Positions 47,860 through 59,800 of a stretch of DNA of 64,000 nt are shown here, piece by piece. The notes beneath the pieces are model-generated. The model had not been told where the DNA came from and did not search any database. It worked only from the letters and a program-made list of their open reading frames with translations. The stretch's first letter is position 1. Each line of letters starts with the position of its first letter. Source of the stretch: Mizuhopecten yessoensis (Eukaryota); the NCBI RefSeq assembly GCF_002113885.1, contig NW_018480068.1, positions 115,565 to 179,564 on the forward strand, written 5' to 3'. Both the position numbers and the translations under genes were made by a program.

Positions 47860-48290
47860 AACATGACCGTGGGGTCTGATGTCTCTGGGGGTAGAGTGGG
47901 TCTGGTGTCTCAGAGGGTAAAGTGGGTCTGGTGTCTCAGAGGGTAAAGAAGCATGACTATGGGGTCTGGTGTCTCCGAGGGTAAAGTAACATGACTATGG
48001 GGTCTGTTGTCTCAGAGGGTTAATTAACATGACCTTGGGGTCTGATGTCTCAGAGGGTAAAGTAACATGACTATGGGGTCTGATGTCTCCGAGGGTAAAG
48101 TAACATGACTATGGGGTCTGGTGTCTCCGAGGGTAAAGAAGCATGACTATGGGGTCTGGTGTCTCCGAGAGTAAAGTAACATGACCTTGGGGTTTGATGT
48201 CTCAGAGGGTAAAGTAACATGACTATGGGGTCTGATGTCTCAGAGAGTAAAGTGACATGACTGTGAGGTCTGGTGTCGGAAGGAGTAAAA
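47860..48290. repeat. 38-bp minisatellite downstream of the TMEM187 stop
   Basis: Unit catgactatggggtctggtgtctccgagggtaaagtaa, about 11 copies. Confidence 0.92.
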
Positions 48291-48407
48291 AAACAAGACT
48301 TGTGTGTCTTTGATGTGGTCAGCAGCGACATAGTCAAACTTAAGGAAATTACAGTTCAAATATATCGTTTTTCAATAAAAAATTCTGATGAGTTCACGAT
48401 TTTTTTC

Positions 48408-49223
48408 TCATTTGGATTTTTTTGTTTCAGCATCAATTTTTCTGTAAGTTAAAGCCATAAAAAACTTGTTGACGTAATGTATTTGTAAAACGTCCCCTAC
48501 TTTTGATAAAAAATGCCCAGACACTTTCGTAAAAACTGGATGTAAACTTGAAAGATGTAGATCTAGTAATTTTAAGACAACAAACCCTGTACAACTAAGC
48601 AATGCACACAAAAATGGTTTATGTGCCTCTGTGGTCGAATATTTTCGATAGGACAGAGCAGCTCCAGTGATCGCTAACACAATGTGTAGACCAAGTGCAA
48701 TTTCAAACCCAATCTTGTAATACAGAGTCAGAGTATAGCTAGACACTGACAAAGCTGTGGCAACGTAGACTCGTAAATTACTCCAGCCATTGGAAAGATA
48801 TCGTCCCCATATATACACCCACATGAAAAACGGCAGTGTTACCCACTGATCCAAAATCGCATAGCGATGTTGCTCCGTAACAATCCGTATCATTTGGATC
48901 GGACCATAAATACAGGCCATGAAATTGAACACGTAGAATGTATAGGCATCAGTTTCAGTAATCTGTTCTCTGTCATGATGGTTAAATACGACTGCTAACC
49001 AGTACGCTCCCACTATGATATATCCAAAGTTCACCAGTGTATTCAGTGGCATTTTAAGCCATTTCGGTAGCACCATCTTCAAAATGGGACTTGCTCTCTC
49101 AGCATAGTGTTTCAGCCCTGTCTCTGTGAATGCACGATCAAATCCTCCGTTAAAAACAAGAAAACAAATAATGGCTGTTGCCATGGTTACCGTCATGAAA
49201 GCTCGAAGGAATACAGGAGCCAT
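48408..49223 (-). CDS. TMEM187: Transmembrane protein 187 (271 aa, single coding exon)
   Basis: Uninterrupted multi-TM ORF with TMEM187 motifs HYAE, MPLNTLVN, YGPIQ, LDQWVTLP, GFEIALGLH, LSCTGFVVLKLLD, SGHFLSKVGDVLQIH. An acceptor (ctttttcag) just upstream at 49289 implies a 5'UTR intron. Confidence 0.93.
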   Translation of the reverse strand: MAPVFLRAFMTVTMATAIICFLVFNGGFDRAFTETGLKHYAERASPILKMVLPKWLKMPLNTLVNFGYIIVGAYWLAVVFNHHDREQITETDAYTFYVFNFMACIYGPIQMIRIVTEQHRYAILDQWVTLPFFMWVYIWGRYLSNGWSNLRVYVATALSVSSYTLTLYYKIGFEIALGLHIVLAITGAALSYRKYSTTEAHKPFLCALLSCTGFVVLKLLDLHLSSLHPVFTKVSGHFLSKVGDVLQIHYVNKFFMALTYRKIDAETKKSK

Positions 49224-49362
49224 ATTTTTCGTTTTCGTGATTCACTCTCCTGGTTATGTGTCACATGAAATTTTGTGCTGAAGCTGATCTGAAAAAGCAG
49301 ATGGAGAAAATAGTCAAAAGCTGTGCAGGGGTACTGCATAATTGTATCTTCATGGTGAATGT

Positions 49363-49433
49363 CATCTTCGCTAGCCAAGGGTTCGCTTCGTATACACTCC
49401 ACTTACGAAGCGAACCCTTGGCTAGCGAAGATG
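49363..49433. mobile_element. 71-bp perfect fold-back element (Mutator-like MITE)
   Basis: 30-bp perfect stem catcttcgctagccaagggttcgcttcgta with an 11-nt loop; 9-bp TSD ggtgaatgt / ggtaaatgt. Confidence 0.8.
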
Positions 49434-49860
49434 GGTAAATGTATCCAGAAGCATAACGTTAGATGAAATGAACAAAAACAGCCAAAACATCCAGTAAGTG
49501 AAATAAGAGGTTATGTAGTTTTTATAAATATACGTATATCTTTATGTTTCAATACCTTAAGCTATATCATTGGTTCCTGAAGTGAAGCAATATCAGCTGA
49601 TATCACTTGGGTTATGATAAGTTATGTTCCTCATCTGTAGATTATCTTGGGTCTAGTCAATTTTCCAACCATCAATTTTTTTAAGTTGCATTGCTCATTA
49701 TATATATACATTTTATTTGATGTCGCCCCTTGTTTTTTGAATGGTATAATCTGATAGCTCAAGTCTCAAAGCTTGTTTTCCGTTGAAAACTCTGTGAAGT
49801 GATGTTTCACTAACAATGTAATATCAAAAGTAACAGAGGTGATTAAATTGCAATGCCCCT

Positions 49861-50230
49861 TCTAGGGACCTCTGCTGAAGCTTTCTACTGCTTGAGCTAA
49901 AGACAAATTCCCTCTAGCAGAGTCCTTTGTTTGGAACAACTGACCATCTCTTTTCATTTTTTTTTGAAGCGGAGGTATCTGCACCCCTGCCAATTTTTTG
50001 TCTTAAAGGAGTCACTTATTTCAGACAATTAGGATCGAAACAGCTAGTGTTTGACCAGGGTGAGATATACTTCCCTTTGTGAAAGCAAGCCAGTGTATTT
50101 CTTACATTTCCCAAGTCATTAGATGGGGACCAATGTAGCATATGTCTTATTTGTCAATGCCTCGGATAAGGATTGAACTTGGAACTCTGAATGCATTGGT
50201 CGGAAGTACTGAGCTAAAGCCAATTCTCCT
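49861..50230 (-). repeat. Second degenerate copy of the dimeric tRNA-like repeat
   Basis: Minus-strand heads aggagaattggctttagctcag...aagttcaatcc and ctagagggaatttgtctttagctcaag; the spacer shares tacattgg..cccat and tttcacaa with the 18.7-kb copy. Confidence 0.5.
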
Positions 50231-50646
50231 TTAACCAAGGTGACATCAACACTTGTCATTTGTGTATTAACAAGACTGAAACAGTTGTTTTAGTGATATG
50301 ATATTCTAGGTATCATATTTTATTCTTTAATATCATATGGCTATATGATAGTGTAATCAACGTCAATTATAATCTATATCTACAGGGGAAAATGCTGAAA
50401 TTTGAGAGCAGTGGGTCTTTTCACACATTTTTCAGTCAATATCAAAATAAGATGGGCAATTCTATGTAAAGTTAAAAAAAAATTGGAACATAATTTGTGA
50501 ACCACTTTGAGACGACCTATATAAATAAGAACCCCAAATTATTATTATTATTATTATTATTATTTTTATAACATGAAGGGGTCAATTTCAGTTTGATGGG
50601 GTAAATGGCCCCATGGTGCCTAGTCCGCTAAAACTGACCATAATCA

Positions 50647-50719
50647 CAGGCTTCATAATCCTGATCGGTCGCCTGTTTATAGACCATTAACAGGCCACCG
50701 ATCAGAATTTTGAAGCCTG
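50647..50719. repeat. 73-bp imperfect inverted repeat (small MITE-like hairpin)
   Basis: caggcttcataatcctgatcggtcgcctgtt ... aacaggccaccgatcagaattttgaagcctg. Confidence 0.7.
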
Positions 50720-50739
50720 CTATTAGGCCAGTTATTGAG

Positions 50740-51382
50740 TTAAGGTCATAGGAGTGTATTGCTAAAAGGAAATAGGAAGTACATCCCTAGTTTAAAATCC
50801 AATGTAGGGAGATCACAATTTCCACATATTCTAATGTTTAATATTAAACGGATGAATATTGTATGTTTATTATTGAAAGAACAGTGTGTTCTTTCAATAT
50901 TAAAGTATTTCAAAGCAATCCAGGCATTAATTCAGTTGTTTTTTAATCAATGGGTCACATGTGTCCATTTTTCTGTACTTCAGGAAACCGGCTACCTATT
51001 TCATTACTGTGAAGATTTTCAAGAACGATAACTCTTACATGCAATTACTATGTGTATATGGTTTTATTATAAAATGTCAATTTTTAATCGTTTATAGATA
51101 ATTAATTTTACACAATTACAGCATTTATGAAATTGATATACATTAATGCAATACTAATCTATGTCAGTATCATTTTTATTGACATTATTTTGCAAAAGAT
51201 TGTGTGTTTCATTTTTTTTTCAAAATTCACTCCTTTTTACATAAATTTCCATTTAAAATCCTTAAAATTCTGACAACCTATATTTTCTTTGTGGCAGAAT
51301 TTTTTCCTTACATCAAAGCAATATAACTACAAAATTTGAAGAAATTCTACTGAGAAATGGCAACATAATCCTATTACCTTAA
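50740..51382. mobile_element. TTAA-flanked non-autonomous element (Kolobok-like), 643 bp
   Basis: ttaa-ggtcataggagtgtattgc ... gcaacataatcctattacc-ttaa. Confidence 0.65.
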
Positions 51383-53280
51383 AGCAGACTACATGACTCC
51401 CTTCAGGATTATCCCTGTTATCTAACGTGAGTGCAGGCAAATTCGCCATGCACACAAATTCGCCACTCAGAGTGTGACGAAAATGTCATATGACGTCATA
51501 ATAGTCATAAGATGTGACGTAAATAACGTCACCATAGTTTTCAACACAGTTAAAGCCTTCAAACATTTTGACAAGAAGAGGTATAAGAAGGGAAGTGTTA
51601 TATTATTAATTAAAACAGTTATGAAATATCTTGTAACACAACGAATCTTAAAATATTTGTCTGTGCGACGGACATCTCGTCAACTAAACTCATTAATCTG
51701 AGGCCTATTGGTTGTGATTAAGTGTAAATGCATAACATTAACATAGAAAATACCTATATCTCAACGGTAATTGCAGTTTTATGGTCGACTGAGCCGGAAA
51801 GATTTGTGTATACTATAGTTTAGAAAAGAAATCAACCAGTATCTTTTAAAAAGTATTGTTCGCTTCTAACATCCAGCCAACTTACGACACTTTAATTAAA
51901 ACACCATCTAGAAATGTTCTAGATTTATATTTGAAAAGAATTTGTTGTCGGCCTGAAAGCATTGTTGTACAATCCCATCATGGCTGTATGTATAGACCGA
52001 CAGTTACAAAAGACTGATTTGTACATGAAAAATTAGTACTTTAACAACACCTAGCTGGGACAGTGTTGAATACGATTTCAAGCCCAAATATTGTTTTAAT
52101 TTTCAGATATTTTCTGTCGACGTGCAAGACAATCGGGGATGTACATGTGACAAATGATCTAAAAGTCTGAGGGGGGGTGGGGGACGCGTTCAAAGCCCTG
52201 ACCCTCTCATCCGGACCCGATAAAAAACATAATTTTGGGCACCAATTTGGAAGTTTTTATCTGATCAAGACTGGGTCTTTATTGCGATGCTTGTGAATTG
52301 ACCCCATCTAGGCCAATCCCTAGACACCTACATTATTTGCAAATTAGTGAAATGTTTGATGGTGGCGAAACTGCCTGCATCTTTGAGCAAAACGAAACCG
52401 GAAATGGAGTGGACAGAATTAAGAAGCACCTCAAGAAGCGACTGACGCTTACAACGGTGTCACAATCAATGAACCAATGAACCAAAACCACGGAAGGTCT
52501 GATGACGTCACAAATGTTGCTGTGTGATGTCATTCATGCGTGTTTACAACAATGTTTATGTATCTAGGCATTTCGGTCAAATCTACTTCTGTACTGGTGC
52601 TCGTCGGCATTTTGATACATGTGTTTTTGGACAAATTATTAACTGAAACCCTTACTAATAAACTGGCATAATCTTCGACACGTCGAAGGTGGCCGAAAAT
52701 TGGAAGAAGAAGAATATGACTGCATTTAGTCCTACGTTAGATATCTTTTATGGCATTTACATTTACATTTACGGCGATACTGCAAAGGGCCGTCGAACAG
52801 CATCAACTTGCAGGTAGACTGAGGAGTCTGAGGCTGTGGCAATTGGTAACTTGACCAAGGGGTTGATTTTCGCTGTTTATATTAAAAAGAACTGTTATAT
52901 GTGAAAATACATTATCGCACAGTTGTTTGTTATACACACGTTTACCTTAACGCCGTGGAGGTGAAGAAAACGTTAGGTCTACTTTCCTTTTTGATGCTTT
53001 TCGGAATATTTTTGATTCGTCGAGTGGTAAAATCTAAAAGTCCGAGTTATTCCGAACGACTACTAAAAAAATGCTTTAACATTTTCTATGTTATAAAATT
53101 AAACAAAGTAGACATTTTTACCGCTAATTCTTCGAAATACCTATATCAGCAAGACAAAAATTGATAATTATGAAAAATAATTCTAAAAATTATAGATCAT
53201 GTGATATGTAAATGATTGTTTTGATGAGCAGGTTCGTGCGCGGATGATATGCGCATACCACCAGCATTGTGGGTAAAACA

Positions 53281-53871
53281 AATATGGCGGCACCCATCTT
53301 GAAATGGAAGCGCCTTACCAACGTTTCTGGACCGTGCCCACGACCTCGGCACGGACATCGGGCTGTTGCAATCAAGGAATTAATGGTAGTTTTCGGTGGT
53401 GGAAATGAAGGAATCGTTGACGAACTACACGTTTATAACACAGGTGGGTTTGTTATTATTCTCTAGGATGGCCGCCATTACTGATTGAAATGTCAAACAT
53501 TGGCGCCACCTTTATTTTCTTTATATGACAGTCAAATAAATCGTAGCATCATTGGAAAATTCAACAAAGTGTCACAAAATGATTTAAAGAATAATTGTTC
53601 ACATAACAACAATCGTAGAACCTTTTTATTACTGAATTTTGTGTTTGTTTTGCTAGTTCCGAAGGATCCAATATGGCGGCGCCCTACTGTCACAAACGAT
53701 GTAAATAATGATTGGTGTGGCGCTTGAGATCGAGAACATGTTTGAATTGAATGTTACAGCATGTACATTGTATTCTAAAGTTTAATTTAATGGTGCTGAA
53801 TTTGATAAATACATTTTAACTTAAGCTTTAGCTGTTCGCCGATTTTAGACGCTACAGAAGCCAAGATGGCG
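53281..53871 (+). promoter_or_regulatory. Cluster of YY1-type motifs at the HCFC1 start and in intron 1
   Basis: AATATGGCGGC at 53281-53291, GATGGCCGCCATT at 53467-53479, CAATATGGCGGC at 53669-53680, CAAGATGGCG at 53862-53871. Confidence 0.5.
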
Positions 53872-56800
53872 ACCGGTTCTCGGCGGACATTACAGACAAC
53901 TGAGACACGAGATTTACAAATTTGTCAAATTATTCCATAACTTTTATCATCATGCATTATTTTTATTGTAACTTAACAAATAATTGGTGATTTGACTTTT
54001 AGTCAAACGTTACAAAAATGTTGTGAAAATACATTAAAATATAAATTATGCAAATTTACTAGAGTTAAGGCGCCACCGCAACGCTGGGCTAGGAACGATA
54101 ACCCTGTTTCGGTAGGGTCTATACAGATAACCATTAAATGGCATAATGAAGGAATTTAATTTTTGTTGTCTTTTTCTTCACTTAAGAATGGATAAATAAT
54201 AATGAATGATGAATGAATCAATATGATTAAAGCATTATGCATCAATGTGTTTTTTTTAAATGTATATAATTTCTTAAATTCAGCCACCAACCAATGGTTT
54301 GTGCCTGCAGTACGGGGTGACATCCCACCTGGATGTGCTGCCTATGGCTTCATATGCGATGGTACCAGAATTCTAGTGTTTGGTGGAATGGTCGAGTATG
54401 GAAAATACTCCAATGAACTTTATGAACTCCAGGCCAGTCGTTGGGAATGGAAAAGACTAAAACCAAAACCTCCAAAAAGTGGCGCTCCTCCCTGTCCGAG
54501 ATTGGGTACAATATTGGTTTATTTTAAAAAAGAATCTAACGCAGCATTAATGAGTACCTGTTTATATGTTTTAAGTTCTTTTGAATAATAAGAGGATTCT
54601 TGTTTCAATTTAAAAAATGATGAATCAAGGTACATATAAAGTATTAATAATTTTATATTTTACAAACATTCTAATAATAAATCTCTTCTATATTTCTTCT
54701 CAACATTTTCAATTATTTTCCATATTTCTTCCCCAGGACATTGCTTTACACTACTAGGAAACAGTGGTTACCTGTTTGGAGGTTTGGCCAATGACAGCGA
54801 AGATCCTAAGAACAATATACCTAGGTGAGATGAAGTTGTAAGAATACATTAAGAAAGACTTATGCCAAAATTTACACTTTCTGAGTTAATATTAAGCTAA
54901 AAGATACTAAGAATGTTTCAACAAGTCCTTCATTGAGGCTGGTCAAATAATAATACAATTCATGTAGGAAAAAAGTATTATCATGATTTGTCTGTCTGTT
55001 GCAGATATCTTAATGATCTGTATGTGTTGGAGCTAAAACCTAACTCATATGCACTGTCCTGGGACCTACCAGTGACAATTGGCCAGCCCCCACCTCCTAG
55101 GGAGTCTCACACCTGTGTGGGGTATGCAGAGAAGGACGGCAAACGGCCACGCCTTATCATCTATGGTGGCATGAGTGGTTGTCGCCTTGGAGACCTGTGG
55201 CAGCTTGATATCGGTATGAATAACAAAAACAGTTGGTAGCGTGGTTTTTTAAACTAATAAACTCTACTTATTACAAACTGGTGTTATTGCTGCAGAAATG
55301 TCTAGATAGAAAAACAATAATTTGGCCTTAAATATAAAAAAAAATCAACCTTTAATATTTGTTGTATATATTTCAGACACTTACACATGGACGAAGCCGG
55401 TAGTACAAGGAATCGCTCCTCTCCCCAGGAGTTTACACTCCTCCACTGTCATAGGAAACCGAATGTTCGTGTTCGGCGGATGGGTACCTTTGGTGATGGA
55501 TGATGTCAAAGTCGCCACACACGAAAAGGAGTGGAAGTGTACCAACACGCTAGCCTCACTCAATCTAGGTAAAGGTTCGACAGGAAAAGCAACAGACTGG
55601 TCTTGGTTACTTTGGATAAAAATAATTGTTGTGATAGCAACAAGATGGTCTCGCTCAGTCTAGGTTGGATTTACTTGATCGCGGTAACCCTAGTCTCACT
55701 CAGGTTTGTCATTACTCTAAAGGAAACAAGGTTAATCTAGTAGTAGTAGTAGTAGTAGTAGTACAGTCAAGTTTTAAAAAAACTTATTCGACCAGAACAT
55801 CTGAACTTTCCCCCAAAAAATGTTGGTTTCAGATGGATGGAAGGATTTGCTGAGATTTTTTTCTCAATTCCTAGACTTTTATTTGTAAAAAGTTGCCTGC
55901 AGTTACTGTAGGTAGATGTTGAACACTAAGCCAACGTATGTAATTTTAACATCTATTGGGATTTGAAGTTTGAATTGTTTATTTCTTTGCCTAGATTCAA
56001 TGATGTGGGAGCCCCTTGCCATGGAGGTGTTTGAAGATGCTCTGCCACGTGCCCGAGCAGGCCACTGTTCAGTGTCTATCCACTCGCGTCTCTACATCTG
56101 GAGTGGGCGGGATGGCTACAGGAAGGCTTGGAACAATCAAGTGAGGACCTCACGATGATGTCTTATTTCAAGCGCTCCAAATTCTGGAAATAATGATGTT
56201 CTGCAAAGAACCAAAACTCTAAATATGATAATATTTAAATAATAAGGCATAGTAAAGAATTACAAACCTAAAGTGAAACATTTTTTTCTCCAGTCCTGGG
56301 TATGAAGTGTGTTCCTGAATAAAAGATGAAGGACTTCCCTCAGTATGTCTGCTACTGAATATTAATATTGATGTAAAAGAGGTTTCAAGAAAGTTTCTTT
56401 AAAGCTCCAATCAAACATGAAGAACGTTTGAAATCCTACATTCTTAAATCAAAAGAAGACATGAAAATATAAACGAGGAAAGTAGATTTAGCTGCTTTAC
56501 TACACCATCAGTTTATCCCAAATGTAGAAGGTGTCAATTCCCAAACACACAAGAAACCATTGAAAGAAAATATGTTATCCAAAAAAGCTAGATTATTAAA
56601 ACAAATATTATTACCAAATAATTTCTGGAGTATATCATATTTGGTGTACATGCTGTTTTATGAAGAATTGACCTAGTTTGTATATCTGAATTGACCTAGT
56701 TTGTAAATCTGAATTGACCTAGTTTGTATATCTGAATTGACCTAATTTGTATATCTGAATTGACCTAATTTGTATATCTTGTTCTATTTTAGGTTTGTTT

Positions 56801-59800
56801 CAAGGATCTCTGGTTTCTTGAGACGGGTATGTATCTCGCCTTAAGTTAAACTAAAGTCAATAATTTTAAGAATTAAAAGTTTGGTGATGCAGTCACAACT
56901 TCATATTGCCTCATAATTGACTCAAAAACCTATATCTGTTTCATAATGGAGTTCAACAATCGAAATTCTAAATTAAATTGCCTTGTAATGGAGTTGACAA
57001 TAGTTATATTGAACTATTTTATAATGTAATCAAAACACAGTATCTTACATTGTCTTTTAATGAAATTGACAATCATTATTTTGCCTTCACAGAGAAACCT
57101 CCAGCACCGTCGCGCGTACAGTTAGTGCGTGCCAGTACTAATACACTGGAGGTGTGTTGGGGTGGAGTCCCCACGGCTGATGCCTATCTCCTACAGCTTC
57201 AGAAGTACGACTTGCCCCCTGCTCAGGCCATGACCCCTACTGCTGTTCCCCAGACCAACCCCCTAGTCAAGGCCATTGCCTCGCCCACCACCCCAAACAT
57301 CATTAGGACACCCACACATGGTAAGGGAGGTCACTATATAACCAATCTAAGATTTCTAGCTAGTAGGAACCTTAATCGTCAACTTTTGTCCGGAGGTGGC
57401 ATAAGATGGATTGGACTATGGTCACAGACTGGAACCTGACTATTACCAAAAATCACACTTACTGGATTAAAAAATTGAGATAATCTCTGCTCTGGAAAGT
57501 CAGTGGACAGTTAAACATTTTTTGCGCTATGATACAGTAAAATACAAGGGAGGTAAAGCAACAAAGAGATTTTCCTTGTCCAGATATGAGTGGGGGGAGG
57601 GGGGATGTGGGTAGAACATTTCTCTTTCCAAATCCTACCTTCAACAATTGATAAATTGTGTCTCTATTGTGTAAACATTGGTGCTATAGATCTACCACTA
57701 ATTATGCTCACTGACATTTGTTGAAGCGCAGCTCTACATTTCTCTCTGAGTTGTTCTATGGATGATGTTTTCTGTGCTTTTCTATACTAGGAATAACCCA
57801 GATCCGTTCTGTTGCGGGGGCTTCAGCCCTGGGTTCTGTGGCAATCAACTCCCCGCAGACAATCCGAGGTAGACCCTACTCCTCATTTGCATGCCTACAA
57901 CGCATATTTAGTTGGGTGTATGGATGTGAAATCCCGTTTTATTTTATTTTCTTCTCAGAGCATCAGTATTGTATCCATCATGTGATAGCTTATTTCTTCC
58001 AAAATATTTTCATGTTTGCTGGGGAAATGTTTTGCCTATGCATTTCCTGTTTGAAGCTGCTGGTGTAAGTTTTTGCAGTCATTGTATATTTTTATTTGAA
58101 TGTCGTGTCTAGATTTAAATTGAATAATCAATCCATTATAATAATAATCAAAATAAAACAATTCTGCTGTCTAATGCCTTTGTGAACATAGATGCCTGCT
58201 TCATTAAAACCCCTGTTGAAGCAGCATTTGTTAGTATTAATGTATGTGACATTATCCTTTTGCTTTCATTTTACTATTATTTTTTATGTGAATGTCTTGT
58301 TTATTTTAAGCGGCTGGTAGACTAACCCCATTTCGTGTTGTGATGCTGTTTTGGAATGCCTTTGTCTTTTATTTACAGCTGTGTGTTTATGCTGAGACTG
58401 TTTCCCCTTGGTATCAGTTTATCCCCATGAATGCTTATAGTGTTCTTCTTGCATACAACTTTTTACTGAAATTTTAGATGAATTGAAAACGAGGACACTT
58501 TAATAATAAGTTTGAAGTCATGCTGGTATTTTGTGATACAGCTGATTTGGAGCTAGAAAAAGATTTGTATTGAGTAAGACCTTGTTGTAATGGTGAAGGG
58601 TTTAATAATTTATATTCCTCAAATGTGAATAATGTTAGATTTTACAAAACAAAAAAATTTCATCGATATTGGCGAAATGTCACGGTTTAAGGAGTTTCCA
58701 CCCTTCGTAATACACATGTTTTTCTTTTCTTATTTTCCTGTCGTCATTTCCGTATTGTGTATCAGGCATTCCATTACCATGGTGTAAATTATAGTAACAC
58801 CGGGTAAACAATAGTACACGTGCGTGACGATGATATGTCAACACCCGATATTGAGACTTAACTTGGAAATGTGTAATCACACTACTTCAGAAATAAAGCT
58901 TATGATACAAAGACATTAATTAACTCACGGGCAAACACTGACATACGATCAGAGGACTTCAAGAATGTTGTATATGAGGCCATGGAATGCAGACTGATGT
59001 GTTTTGTTTACCGACCTCACCTGTACGTATCACGTGCTAACAGTAGTTTACAAGCTCTTGGTCGCTACGACTTTTGTTGTCGAGCGAGTTACGCTCTGTC
59101 AGATAAATCGGTTCACAAATGCAATAACAATAACTCTGTTAAAAAGTGGTTTGTAAAATATCAAGATCCCTATAAAATGCAAGTGCATGTGCGTGCACGT
59201 AATAACGGCATACCATGCGATAGCCTATGGTTACATATGTACCTGACATGTTAATATACCATGCGTAAGCAGGCTATGGAATGATGTCCAAAGTGTACAT
59301 GATTGAGAGTAATTTTGTTCCATAAAAGAACAGTAAATTGACAATTAAATCTAGTAATTTAAATTACTTCCGTCGTTTTTTGGTATAGTAAAGAAAATAA
59401 GTGTCATTGTATAAATTCTATCCCTCTGCAAAAAGTTCCGTTTTTTTTCAAGGTAGACAACTCTCATCAGGATCAAAATTATTGTAAAATGTAAAATAAA
59501 TTAATTATAAAGACTTTGTGTGCATTTGGTTCAATTTTTCAGTCTTTTTGTATGAAACAATGTGTCCTGTTTACTTTTAGCTTGTATTTAGTAACTGTTA
59601 TTCATACAATTTCAATAAAAAACGCTTTTTGTAACATGTTGTAGATATTTTATAATAAATAAAATATTTGTAGGGTTGATTAGCAATGTTTCTTTTCATT
59701 ATTTTATTGTTGTTATAGTTTTGAACAATGCCACACGCTCAAAAAATGTAAAAGTGTTGAATTTGACAAAAATTCAATATTTCGGTATTTTTTACAAAAA

